Below are positions 1 through 12,545 of a stretch of DNA of 64,000 bases, in pieces. Numbering within the stretch: position 1 is the first letter of the stretch; each line of letters begins with the position of its first letter. A program made the position numbers and the translations under genes. Where the stretch lies: positions 6,634,001 through 6,698,000 of the forward strand of contig NC_043012.1 in assembly GCF_006345805.1 (NCBI RefSeq). The letters are read 5' to 3'. Below the pieces are notes generated by a model that was not told the DNA's origin, ran no database searches, and saw only the letters and a list, made by a program, of their open reading frames with translations. Origin of the DNA: Octopus sinensis. Its lineage: Eukaryota.

Positions 1-1868
1 AGATAAGCCCCTGTACCTGGCTTTTGTTGACATGGAGAAAGCCTTCGACAGGGTCCCCCGATCCCTTATCTGGTGGGCAATGAGGAAACTAGGGATAGAT
101 GAATGGTTAGTGAGAGCTGTGCGGGCCATGTACAGGGACGCCGCTAGTAGGGTGAGGGTTGGAAATGTGTACAGTGAAGAATTCCGGGTAGAGGTAGGAG
201 TCCACCAAGGCTCAGTACTCAGCCCCCTCCTATTTATCATAGTCCTCCAGGCAATAACGGAGGAATTCAAGACAGGATGCCCTTGGGAGCTCCTCTATGC
301 TGATGACCTTGCTCTAATTGCTGAGTCACTATCAGAACTGGAGGAGAAGTTTCAGGTGTGGAAACAAGGATTAGAATCGAAGGGCCTCAGAGTCAATCTA
401 GCTAAAACCAAAGTTGTAATCAGTAGGAAGGTAGACAAATCACAAACACCTTCAGGTAGATGGCCCTGCTCGATCTGTAGAAAAGGTGTAGGTAGAAACT
501 CTATAAGATGCACCAAGTGTAAGCTATGGACACATAAGAGATGCAGCAATGTCAAAGGAAGGCTAACTAGGAAGATGGTTTTTGTATGTGGCAGATGCTC
601 AGGAACAATAAACACTGAAAATGCTCTGAGACCAACTTCCGTCACTTTCCAGGGAGAAAAACTAGAAATAGTTGATAGTTTCCGTTACCTAGGTGACCAA
701 GTCAGCAGCGGGGGCGGGTGTGCTGAAAGTGTAACTGCTAGAGTAAGAATAGCTTGGGCAAAGTTCAGAGAGCTCTTACCTCTGCTGGTGACAAAAGGCC
801 TCTCGCACAGAGTGAAAGGCAGACTGTATGATGCGTGTGTACGAACAGCCATGCTACATGGCAGTGAAACATGGGCCGTGACTGCTGAGGATATGCGTAA
901 GCTCGCTAGAAATGAAGCCAGTATGCTCCGATGGATGTGTAATGCCGGTACTCACACTCGGCAGAGTGTAAGTACCTTGAGAGAAAAGCTGGACCTAAGA
1001 AGCATCAGTTGTGGTGTGCAAGAGAGACGTTTGCGCTGGTATGGTCATGTGGTGAGAATGGATGAAGATAGTTGTGTGAAAAAGTGCCACACCCTAGCGG
1101 TTGAGGGAACCTGTGGAAGAGGCAGACCCAGGAAAACCTGGGACGAGGTGGTGAAGCACGACCTTCGAACTTTAGGTCTCACTGAGGAAATGACTAGAGA
1201 CCGAGACCTCTGGAAGTGTGCTGTGCGCGAGAAGACCGGCAGGACAAGTGAGTCCATAACCCGTGGCCTTCTACATGGGATGGAGCCAGCCTACGTATGC
1301 ATACCTTCCCTTCTTGGGACACAAAACTCTACTTGTGAAGACGTGATGAGGTAAGTGAGGATCAGAATCGAAATTGATCAATGGAAATTGCGGATGTGCT
1401 ACCAGTGCCAGTGGCATGTCAAAACTCTGCTTGTGAAGACCCGTTGAGGCAAGTGACGATCAGAATCGAAATCGATCAATGGAAATCGATCAATGGAAAT
1501 TGCAGATGTGTTACCAGTGCCGGTGGCATGTAAGAGAACTTTCCGTTTCGCGACCGTTGCCAGCACCGCCCCGTTTTGTGTCCGTTGCCAGCCTCGCCTG
1601 GCCCTCGTGCCGGTGGCACATAAAAAGCACCATCCGTTCGTGGCCGTTTGCCAGCTCTGTCTGGCACCAGTGCGGGTGGCACGTAAAAAGCACCCACTAC
1701 ACTCACGGAGTGGTTGGCGTTAGGAAGGGCATCCAGCCGTAGAAACACTGCCAGATTTGACTGGGCCTGATGAAGCCTTCTGGCTTCACAGACCCCAGTA
1801 GAACCGTCCAACCCATGCTAGCATGGAAAACGGACGCTAAACGATGATGATGATGATGATGATGATGA
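1..1868 (+). mobile_element. RTE-clade non-LTR retrotransposon, 3' part (RT, C-terminal domain, modular 3' UTR, (GAT)n tail); continues beyond window start
   Basis: ORF 32-1354 has RT motifs QGSVLSPLLF and YADDL and RTE-type C-terminal motifs RLRWYGHV and GRGRPRKTW. The 3' end matches the tail shared by many copies in the window and ends in (GAT)n at about 1843-1868. Confidence 0.95.
32..1354 (+). CDS. Reverse transcriptase (partial ORF of RTE LINE) with PHD-like C4HC3 finger; C-terminus extended by a 1-nt frameshift relative to the 24 kb copy
   Basis: Frame is open from the window start (DKPLYLAFVDMEKAFD). The sister copy ends EKTRQDK*, whereas this one reads EKTGRTSES... Confidence 0.9.
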   Translation: MEKAFDRVPRSLIWWAMRKLGIDEWLVRAVRAMYRDAASRVRVGNVYSEEFRVEVGVHQGSVLSPLLFIIVLQAITEEFKTGCPWELLYADDLALIAESLSELEEKFQVWKQGLESKGLRVNLAKTKVVISRKVDKSQTPSGRWPCSICRKGVGRNSIRCTKCKLWTHKRCSNVKGRLTRKMVFVCGRCSGTINTENALRPTSVTFQGEKLEIVDSFRYLGDQVSSGGGCAESVTARVRIAWAKFRELLPLLVTKGLSHRVKGRLYDACVRTAMLHGSETWAVTAEDMRKLARNEASMLRWMCNAGTHTRQSVSTLREKLDLRSISCGVQERRLRWYGHVVRMDEDSCVKKCHTLAVEGTCGRGRPRKTWDEVVKHDLRTLGLTEEMTRDRDLWKCAVREKTGRTSESITRGLLHGMEPAYVCIPSLLGTQNSTCEDVMR

Positions 1869-1913
1869 TATATATATATATATATATACATACACATACA
1901 CACACAGACACAG

Positions 1914-1947
<34 letters not shown>

Positions 1948-2734
1948 GTGCCCTTGTGCCGGTGGTACGTAAAAGCACTCACTACACTCTCGGAGTGGTT
2001 GGTGTTAGGAAGGGCATCCAGCTGTAGAAACTCTGCCAGGCAAATCGAAAATTCAAAATTCAAAATAACAAATAACAAAACAACAACTAAAGTCAAAAGG
2101 ACATACACATGGAATGTATGAGTTTGATGCTCAGTATAAGATGGAAAAAAGACTGGGTGTATAAAGTTTTGGGCATGGCTCTTTGTCAGAAAGCGGAGAG
2201 AGGAAAGATTCAGAGAAGGAAAAAGAAGTCCAAGTATGTGTGTGGCTTTATGTATAAATAAATATATATATATATATATATTTATATATATGGCAAGAAG
2301 AAAATGGAGGGAATCCAGGGATAGTATTCATCAGCTGTTAGACGTCATATTATGCCTATTTATTTATTTAAAACAGTTCTGATATTATATTTCCATGTGT
2401 AAAGTACTAGTAATTTCTAGAATAGGGGAAAGAGTAAAGCCACTTGTTACCCTCACCCAGTTATTATGCTCAGTACTGTAATTGCCACACAATAACCAAC
2501 ACTTGTGTTTTAATTGGGTATTCTACCAGCAGTATATTGGATAGATACTATCCCTTAGTTGGCTGGATTTACAACCTCTAACTCTTTAAATGATATATAT
2601 ATATATATATGAACTTTTAACCTTATTTTAATTAGCAGTCATTGGATTAGCACTTTTATATAAGTAGCGGACTTATAACACAGTAATTTTCCTTTGTATA
2701 ACGGTCTTTTTTCATAGTGTTTTTCAGATGGCCA

Positions 2735-2795
2735 GATAACCGAAGAGATGGTGTTGTGGATTTCTACCTCGGCATCCGAAACTCAGAGTTTTATC
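2735..2795 (+). ncRNA. Hammerhead paralogue of 28282-28344 with a U4C core mutation
   Basis: GAUAA-CCGAAGA-GAUG...CAUC(C)-GAAA-CUC(A)GAGU-U-UUAUC. Confidence 0.5.
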
Positions 2796-3068
2796 TTGGC
2801 TATTGAATAATTGTCACATATTATTTTACAGATATATATATATATATAAACTTAATTAGTGGGTATGTTAACCTCCTGAAGGGATGGTTACATCCAAGGA
2901 AATACTGGTTCAATGCCTGGTATTGTGGGGGAATGAAATTCCCTTAAAACAATAGGTCTATATGAAGCATATAGTTTATATCCATTTAAGAGAAGAAAAG
3001 AAAAGAAAATGGAGATAATAATAAATACGAATATACATATGTATAAATACCTATGCCCATATATATGC

Positions 3069-3120
<52 letters not shown>

Positions 3121-3122
3121 AT

Positions 3123-3156
<34 letters not shown>

Positions 3157-3191
3157 CATACATATATATATATACACACACACACATATAT

Positions 3192-3229
<38 letters not shown>

Positions 3230-3768
3230 GGTATTTCTGTACACAAGTATACATGTGTGTGTGTATATATAATATACATACATGTACAAAGAAAGACAGA
3301 GAGAGAAGAGAAAAAAGAGAGAAGTTGATAGTTTGTAAAGTAAGGAGATGGATGAGTGAGATAAAAATAAGGAAAGGGGAGACAGTAAGGATAAAGAGAG
3401 AGAGAGAGAGAGAGAGGGAGTGATAGAGAGAGAAAGAGAACAAGGTTAAAAATGAGAAGAGAAAGAGATAGACAGACAGATAGCTAGAGAGTGTGGTAGA
3501 GAGAGTCGGAAAGAGAGAGAGAGAGCGACTACTGAGGGGATGGGGTGAGCGTATAACAATGAAAAGAATAAGGGTTTTTGTATAAAGTCAATTAGGCTGA
3601 GAGGGGGCATCTGAGTGCATGTGGAAACTAAGCATTATAAACGAATTTATTCATGTAGCTAATAACGAGAATTAGGAACTCATTCAGAAACGTAATCACA
3701 AATTGCCAATAACATTACAAGCTTCAAGTAATCATATTATTACTATCATTGTTGTTGTTGTTGCTATA

Positions 3769-3834
<66 letters not shown>

Positions 3835-4248
3835 GTTATTATTATTGTTATTATTATTATAATTATTATTATTATGATTGTTATTATTATTGCTATTATT
3901 ATTGTTATTATTATTCACGATCTATTGATGGCTAACAAATGTCAAACACATGAGCTTGTTGTAATGGTTGGATAATTTTTCATGATAAAAAGCATTTGTT
4001 TTCTTGCACACACTCACACACATGCATGCACACGTGCGCGTGCATGCTCAAACACATGTCGATTATTTGATGTTGTACATACATACTCGCAGAAGTACAT
4101 TTGTGTATAACTTTTTCTTTTTTACATATATCACATTTCTGAACAAGAGTAAATAAGGAACACTATATATATATATATATATATGCATGTTTGTGTGTGT
4201 GTCTATGTATGTATATGTGTGTGTATGTATATATATATATATATATAC

Positions 4249-4409
4249 GCGAGAAAGAAGCAACAAGAATGGATAGGTTTTAGTACGATCGTTTCATACA
4301 AGGACAGGTTTTATTAAAAGTTGCAAAGATCTTGCAACTTTTAATAAAACCTGTCCTTGTATGAAACGATCGTACTAAAAACCTATCCATTCTGTTGCTT
4401 CTTTCTCGC
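4249..4409. repeat. Near-perfect 161-bp palindrome next to (TA)n
   Basis: ~80-bp arms with three 1-nt indels, centred on AAGATCTT. Confidence 0.95.
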
Positions 4410-4525
4410 TTATAATCACCCCACATTACTGTATTGTTAAATCAGTATAGTTTATTTTGGTGCATCTAAGTTAGGTACCATATTCAAGTAAATTTTTTAA
4501 ATTAACTTGAATCTTTATTGCTCTT

Positions 4526-4555
<30 letters not shown>

Positions 4556-4558
<3 letters not shown>

Positions 4559-4810
4559 TCATCATCATCATCATCGTTTAATGTCCATTTTCCATGCTGG
4601 CATGGATTGGAGGGTTTGACTGAGAACTGGTACACCAGGAGGCTGCACCAGGCTCCAATCTGATCTGGCAAGGTTTCTACAGCTGGATGCCCTTCCTAAC
4701 ACCAACCACTCCGAGAGTGGAGTGGGTGCTTTTCATGTGTGACCGGCATGGGTGCCAGTCAGGAGGCACTGGCATCAGTCACATTCAAATGGTGGTTTTA
4801 AGTGCCACAT
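4556..4810 (-). mobile_element. Short RTE 3'-tail element (representative of about 15 further copies, e.g. 1930-2045+, 5270-5520+, 19750-19990-, 27165-27380-, 36628-36797+, 39660-39810-, 45820-46040-, 46380-46615+, 47830-48090+, 50685-50885-, 55335-55600-, 55630-55830-)
   Basis: Shared motif GGAGTGGTTGGCGTTAGGAAGGGCATCCAGCTGTAGAAAC...CCAACCCATGCTAGCATGGAAAACGGACGTTAAAC(GAT)n, identical in design to the RTE 3' end. Confidence 0.85.
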
Positions 4811-4864
4811 ATGTACAAATATAGTTCTAAATCTCTCTATATAAATATATATACACATATACAT

Positions 4865-4929
<65 letters not shown>

Positions 4930-5104
4930 AACATAAATATATATACATGTATATATATATATATAATATATAGTTATATATATATATTATATAATATATA
5001 TATATATATATATATAGTGAGAGTTTATGAAAAAAACAAAAGACAAAGACAGGTGGTGTACAAAAGAAACTGATGTATTAGTATAACACTCAGGAATAGA
5101 AAAA

Positions 5105-5146
5105 GTCATTTACGTTTCGAGCCTACGCTCTTCTACAGAAAGGGAC
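5105..5146 (-). ncRNA. Hammerhead-like variant (A6U core) in a (TA)n-flanked element at about 5017-5222
   Basis: CUUU-CUGUAGA-A-GAGC(GUAG)GCUC-GAAA-CGU-A-AAUG. The element 3' end TTGTTTTTTTCATA..AACTC resembles the Penelope pLTR end at 17772-17795. Confidence 0.45.
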
Positions 5147-5533
5147 ACAGAAAAAACAAGGAGAGAAAAAATGTGTGCAGTGGGTAACAATCTATCATGG
5201 CAACTAGTGCCGGACAGAATATATATATTTATATATATATCTATATATATATATATATATATATTATGCAGGTGGCACGTAATATGCACCATTTGAGTGT
5301 GGCTGATGCCAGTGCTGCCTGACTGACAACCATGCTGGTGGCACATAAAAAGCACTCACCACACTCTCAAAGTGGTTTGCATTAGGAAGGGCATCCAGTT
5401 GTAGAAACCTTGCCAGATCAGACTAGAGCCTGGTGCAGCCCCCTGGTGTACCAGTTCTTAGTCAAACCATTCAATCCATGCCAGCATGGAAAACGGACGC
5501 TAAACGATGATGATAATGATATATATATATCAT

Positions 5534-5601
<68 letters not shown>

Positions 5602-5714
5602 ATATATATATATTGATATATATATATCATTCAGGAACTGAAACATGTTATAATGTATATATAAAAATTAAAAATTGTATAATACAGCAGCATTTTCGAA
5701 CTTCATTTTTTACA

Positions 5715-5751
<37 letters not shown>

Positions 5752-5855
5752 TGTATATGCTTTGCAATTATAGTAAGGTTGCAATTGCAATGGTTACTAA
5801 TCAATGCAGTTGAAACATGTGTAGGTCTGTTTGAGGCTATATATATATGTATTTA

Positions 5856-6176
5856 TGAGGGTGAGTCAAAAAGTAATGCCATTTTGTTTAGGACAGGTAT
5901 AATTACCAACACAGGAACATATATCATACATCAAAATGAAGCTGGTCCTCTGTGGATCATGTCCCTACTTCTCAACATAGTCACTGTTTCTCTCAATAGC
6001 AATGTTCCATCTTCGAATGAGAGCATGTATCCCTGCCATGTAAAATTCTGTTGACTGTTCTTTGAGCCACTTCTTCACTACCTTCACACTCACTAGATTT
6101 AGCACCTTCAGACTATCATCTCTTTGGCCCCACGAAAAAGGGTTTGAGAGGTAAACATTATTCCAGTGATGAGGAA
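5856..6176 (-). mobile_element. Mariner relic (transposase C-terminus plus TIR) with an internal inversion
   Basis: TA-TGAGGGTGAGTCAAAAAGT terminus; minus strand VKKWLKEQSTEFYMAGIHALIRRW...DYVEK*; plus strand LDLAPSDYHLFGP.KKGLRGKHYSSDEE. Confidence 0.85.
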
Positions 6177-6183
6177 TAATGTT

Positions 6184-6398
6184 GGAGGTGCTGAAAAGTT
6201 CCTGGTTTTTAAGGGTGTAGCGAAAGGCTTGGTTGGAAGACCAATATTCCAAGTTCTTTCACAGGGTTTAGAAAACCTGAAGGACTGCTGCAATAAGTGT
6301 GGGAATTTGAGAGGGGAATACGTTGAATAAAATCATAGTTAGCTAACCCCCTATATTTTCTTTTACTCATAACCAGGAACTGTACAGTAACCCCCTCA
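6184..6398 (+). mobile_element. Second mariner-derived miniature element
   Basis: Degenerate TIRs GAGGTGCTGAAAAGTTCCTGG / CCAGGAACTGTACAGTAACCCCCTCA around FFSQGLENLKDCCNKCGNLRGEYVE*. Confidence 0.7.
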
Positions 6399-6400
6399 TG

Positions 6401-6469
<69 letters not shown>

Positions 6470-9400
6470 TGTATGTACCTATGCACGTACATATGTGCCT
6501 ATATCTTTCTGTTTTGCTTCACATAATATCTAATATCATTTTAAATTGATACAGATGTGGCGTTGAATAATGTGATTTTATTTTGCATGACTTTATTGAA
6601 TACCTTTTCTCGTTCAATTGCATTTCACACCAGTGCAAATCCATCACACATACAGAGACATAGACAGCGACACACACACTGACACACTGACACACATGCA
6701 TGCATGCACACACACACACACACACATGTATATATTGTTCGTTAAAAAAGAACAATATTAGTGACTATTCTATAGCGGAAATTCTCAACATATCAACAAA
6801 TGATTATGCAAGGGCATTTACCCCAACAGCGAACTATGGAATGCCATCAATACCATTTCCTGGATGAATAAAAGACCATTATATATCCTTGACACATCAG
6901 TGCCTATACCTTTGTGTGATAACATCTAAACATTGCATGGAATGTGAATGGTAGCTTAAGATACATGCAGCAATGGTTATTGGCAAATGAATTCCTTCGC
7001 TTCCATCCGTAATTATTTATAAATTATTCCTTTCAGTGAATAAGTAAAATAAACACTGCAAATTTAAAAATAAAAACCAATGGTCACAACTTCCATTAAA
7101 TATTGCTTATAGTTGACATACGAGAGATATAGAACAGGACATAAACCCATGGATAGCAATGGCATTTGTGTTGCATTATCAGAGAGTGGTCAAAGCAGGC
7201 TTAAGGAAAGGTGACCTGTGGTCAGGTAACATAAAAATGGATTTATATGTCTTAATGAGATTCGAAATTCACACAGCCATACCAGAACTGTGCCCAGTTG
7301 AAGGCACCAAGACAAAGGATATAAGATTAAGGATTTATTATTATTACTATGGCTGGGTTTCAATGGGGGCTGCAACAACAAAGTCCACCCACCACACTTC
7401 TCAGTACATCATTACTGCGTCGAGGTCCTGGGTACATTCTAGGCCAGTCTGTAATCAAGTTGTTAATGTGTGATGACATTTTCCTTGTCTTATATCAGCA
7501 TGAAGTGGGGTCTTTTTAATAATACTGGACCTTGCTACATTTGTCAGATTAAAACAAACCTTAGGTATGAATGCTCAGAAGAACAAATACAATTAAGCAA
7601 AACAACAAACAGAAAAATAAAGGAAAGGAAGTTCAAAATAATGAAGAACTACTGTAACAAGAAAAGATCTATGACCCTAGTTTCCTAAGCAGCACAAGGA
7701 AAAACTCTGAGACTGGCAAATGAAGTATATTTAGGTTCAGTATCAGAAATAGGTGAGTGACATATCATGTCCAAACAATACCAACCTGTAATACAACACT
7801 TCTATCATGCAACGAAGAAGAAATTATAATTATAGATGAAAGTTCCCAAAAGATCGATGAAATATGAAAGGAGAAAGAATGAGAAAAAACACCACAGAGA
7901 AAGAAGCCTCATCCTAAAACGAAAACAATGAAAGACGAACAACTTTTCCGAAATGACTATGAAACAATTCCTCAGAAAATCAAAAAGGAAAGGAAGAGAA
8001 TAAAGATGAATTAAGATACCTCATTTAACTTTTAGAATGACACAAAAACAGATTCAGAATATAAAACAACATGCAAATTACTTGTAAAAGTAAAATTCTG
8101 ACATTACACCAAGCTAAGAGAGAATACCCTTGATGCACTGTTTGTCAATATTCAGTGTCATAAAAATGCTTAGTGGTGCATTTGGCTGCACTTCAAAACA
8201 ATTTGAGAAATGGTTCAGGGAACAGGTCATGGAGTATCCTAACTCCAATTAACCAGTAATCAAATTCCAACGGAACTAATAGTGGTAAAAGCTATACAGT
8301 AAAGTTTGTGACTTTGGGTAGGTTTGTATGCTTGAGGAGAAGAGAAATGAAATTTGATATTTCATGGTAGTCCTATTGTCTGGGAGAAAAAACTATTACT
8401 TTCCAAATTCATATCTAATAGATTATCTGATAAACGCAACATTTAACATCTCTTCAAACAAAAGAAACCTAAAAGAAGCAAAGTACCTATTTTGGCTCCT
8501 AAAATATGAGAATATGAGGGTATGTCTGGGTCTCTCCTAAAGAACTACAGCTCATTTACTATATATCCTATTCTCATTTCATTTAACAATCAGCAGTCAA
8601 CAATTAAGACACAATTATGAACAATCACTTAAGCCACAGAAATGAGCAGTAAAGATCATGATGCCAGTAAACTTACCAACCAACCAACCAACCAACCAAC
8701 CAACCATTTTATTATTATTATCATCGACATCATCATCATCATCGTTATTATTATCCAGGCTGTGAGTTGGCAGAACCGTTAGCATGTCAGACAAAATGCT
8801 TAGCAGCATTTTGTTTGCCTTTATGTGAGTTCAAATTCCACCAAGGTCAACTTTGCCGTTCATCCTTTCAGGGTCGAGAAATTAAGTACCAGTTGTGTAC
8901 TGGGGTCGATGTAATCAACTTAATCCCTTCCCCCAAATTTGAGGCCTTATGCCTGGAGTAGAAAGGATTATCATTATCATTATTAAGTGAGAGAGCAGTG
9001 TGAGCATTCAAAGTGACACTGGGGTAAAATATATGAAGCCCAGTATACCCATCATGACTAACTGTCTGATAAGGGTACACCAGGCACATGCATCACAACT
9101 ATATGTGCGCAACATGGTGACCTTGTATCAAGATAAACAGCACATGACCAGTTAGAATTTTCTTCAGGTTGAGTAGCCCATCCCTTGCAAAAAATCCCTG
9201 AATAGGGGTTATTTAAGGATGTTGAACGAAACACCCATGTTTCCAAAGGTGAATTATCCAAACCCCAAAGAATTCCTCTCAACACATGACTATGATGCTC
9301 CCCAACTACTTCTGCTCGTGATCAGAGATGCACATATCGTCAGCCACTAAGGGACATGCTCAACTGGTTACGGTCAAACAAGTGACAAGCAAATCTGTGG

Positions 9401-10023
9401 TATTGAGCAGAATATTTGTTGTAGCCCATCTTTTATACTAAAACAAAACATGTACAATCAGTCAAGATCAGAAGCCATGAATCGAGTGAAACCCTCTCAC
9501 AAAATTTCAGGCCTTGTGCTGGAGTAGAAAGGATTATTATTATTTAGGGCCATCTATGGTCTTTTGGCTTGCAGGAGATAGCAGTCAAATCTCCCTCAAA
9601 TCACATTCTACCTCTGCAATATGAAAGAAAAAACCCCCAGATTATATGATGTAATCCTTGATACTGCCTCATAGGTTGGTTGGATGGTCACAATTAGAAA
9701 GCCTTTGATCAGAGGTCTGCTTGATCACGGTTGACCTGAGGCCAAACAACAACAGTTGCAGCAGCAGCCACAGCAGCAGCAGCCACAGCAGCAGCAGCCA
9801 CAGCAGCAGCAGCCACAGCAGCAGTAAGGAATCGTTATAAATCTATTAGAAGTAGAACAATCCTTTCCACAATAATTGTTCTCAATTTGTTTAGCTTTAA
9901 CTGATCGATTGTGTGAAAGCGAATAAACCAAGTGTATAAATATAAATTTTATTCACATTAGTATAAACACATTATGTTTTGTCCTTTTACTTGATTTTCT
10001 GCAATTTCATGTCAATAATCTTT

Positions 10024-10180
10024 ACAGTGGCTGTGTGGTAAATAGCTTGCTTACCAACCACATGGTTCTGGTTTCAGTCCCACTGCATGACACCTTGGCC
10101 AAGTGTTTTCTACTATAGCCTCGGGCTGACCAAAGTCTTGTGAGTGGATTTGGTAGATGGAAACTGAAAGAAGCCCGTTG

Positions 10181-10239
<59 letters not shown>

Positions 10240-11296
10240 GTATGTTTGTGTGTCTGTGTTTGTCCCCACAACATCGCTTGACAACCGATTTTGGTGTGTT
10301 TATGGCCCCATAACTTAGCAGCTCAGCAAAAGAAACTCATAGAATAAGTACTAGGCTTACAAAGAAAAAGCCCTGGGATCGACTAAAGGTGGTGCCCCAG
10401 CAAATGATTGAAACAAGTAAAAGAATAACTTATATTTTTCTATGTCAGCTACTAACACTAATTACCCAAAATATCTAACGACCATCTCTTCTTTGCACAA
10501 TTAATCCTTTGACTTAGCCCCCTCCTTGAAAATAACAATTCTAAGCTAAGTCTATCCCTAGACTAATTGTCCTACATTTAAACTAAATGCTCTCTTTAAC
10601 CGTGTTTTTTTTAATTATATATCTTTGTGAATATTTCTTTTATATTTTCAGGAGTGTCTGTGTGGTAAGTAGCTTGCTTACTAACTACATGGTTCTGAGT
10701 TCAGTCCCACTTTGTGGCACCTTGAGCAAGTATCTTTTGCTATAGCCTCTACTCCAGCACAAGGCCTGAAATTTTGTGAGAGGGTTTCACTCGATTACAT
10801 AGACCCTAGTATGCAGCTGGTACTTGATTTCTCAACCCACAAAAGGATGAAGGGCAAAGTTGACCTTGGTGGAATTTGAACTCACATAAAGATGGATGAA
10901 ATGCTGCTAAGCATTTTGCCTGGCATGCTAGTGGTACTGCCAGCTCCTAGCCGGGATAATAATAATAAGTACCAGGCAGTGGCTTTCATGGCTTCTGATC
11001 TTAAAAAGCCTTGTGAGTGGATTTGGTAGACAGAAACTGAAAGAAGCCCGTCATATATAAGTATATATATATATGTATGTGTGTGTGTATATGTTTGTGT
11101 GTCAGTGTTTGTCCCTCCCAACACCACTGGACAACCAATGCTGGTGTGTTTATGTCCTCCATAACTTAGTGGTTCAGCAAAACAGACCGATAGAATAAGT
11201 ACTAGCTTACAAAGAATGAGTCCTGGGGTCGATTTGCTCAACTAAAGGTACTGCTCTAGCATGGCCGCTGTCAAATGACTGAAACAAGTAAAAGAA
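10024..11296 (+). mobile_element. Two family A SINEs (10024-10425; 10649-11296), the second interrupted by a family D SINE (about 10750-10953, minus strand)
   Basis: Colinear matches to 31007-31412 on both sides of the D insert. Confidence 0.85.
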
Positions 11297-11317
11297 TATT
11301 GTATATATATAGTGTAT

Positions 11318-11636
11318 GTGAAGGTGCATGGCTCAGTGGTTAGAGCAATGGGCTAACAATCATGAGGTAGTGAGTTCAAATCCTGGACTGGGCTGTGAGT
11401 TGTGTTCTTGAGCAAGTCATTTTTATTTTGCATTGCTTCAGTTCACTCAGCTGTAGAAATGAGTTGTGACGTCACTGGTGCCAGCCTGTATCGGCCTTTG
11501 CCTTTCTCTTGGACAACATCAGTGGTGTGGAGAGGGGAGACTGGTATACATGGTTGACTGCTGGTCTCCCATAAACAATCTTGCCTGGACTTTCTAGGTG
11601 CAATCCCATGGTCACTTATGACCGAAGGCAGTCTTT
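11318..11636 (+). mobile_element. SINE family C with a CORE-like domain; other copies at 22924-23268 (-, TCAAATGT flank duplication) and 55030-55337 (-, different 3' half)
   Basis: tRNA head followed by GTTGTGTTCTTGAGCAAG...CTCAGCTGTAGAAATGAG, resembling the CORE-SINE domain. Confidence 0.75.
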
Positions 11637-12545
11637 ATATATTGTATATAACAAGATGTGCTTATGCTTACCCAGGAACCTAAAATGGGGAATCCCTGGA
11701 ATGCATATACATTTGTGTGTATACATAACAGTGTATAATTCTATCTCTGTCATCATGGAAAGGATGAATGATGATGAAAATAGAATTCTACACATCGATG
11801 TGTACACACAAATGTACACTCGTACATTTCAGGGATTCTCTATTACAGGTTCCTGGGTGAATGTTTGCACACAGCCCCACATACATAGGGAATACAAATA
11901 CATACACACACATAAACAGTAATGAAACATACTTGTGTGTTATTGTGACACACACACACAGGAGTGCAAGTTTATTCACATACACGCACACATATTTGTG
12001 GCACTCTGTCGGTTACGATGATGAGGGTTCCAGTTGATCTGATCAACGAAACAGCCTGCTCGTGAGATTAACATGCAAGTGGCTGAGCACTCCACAGGCA
12101 TGTGTACCCTTAACGTAGTTCTCAGGGAGATTCAACATGACACAGAGTATGACAAGGCTGATCCTTTGAAATGTAGGTACAACAGAAGCAGGAAGAAAGA
12201 GTGAGAGGAAAATGTGGTGAAAGAGTACAGCAGGGTTCACCACCACCCCCTGCCAGGTGTTTTCACTCAATAAACACTCACAACACCTGGTCTGGGAATC
12301 GAAACTGTGATTCTATGACCTTGAGTTTGCTGCCCTAACCACTGGGCCATTGTGCCTCCACACACATACATGCATATATCAACCAATTTCTGTAACTGTA
12401 AACCCAAACCCAAAGAATTTTCTTTACTCAACCCTTTAACAATGAAATTAAATTCCTTGCTTATTCAAATAACGATGTTAAATATCGTTCCCAAAAATAG
12501 AATATGTATTTTCTGCAAGTTACATTACCTTAATAAAGTTGACAT

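Noticed and set aside
2290-2600. Hammerhead on the minus strand (CTGATGA at about 2327-2333)
   Set aside because: No downstream GAAA or stem III; only an 11-bp inverted repeat was found.
9755-9825. Poly-Q (QQQPQ) coding repeat
   Set aside because: A 15-bp repeat at the tail of an old interspersed repeat, with no exon context.
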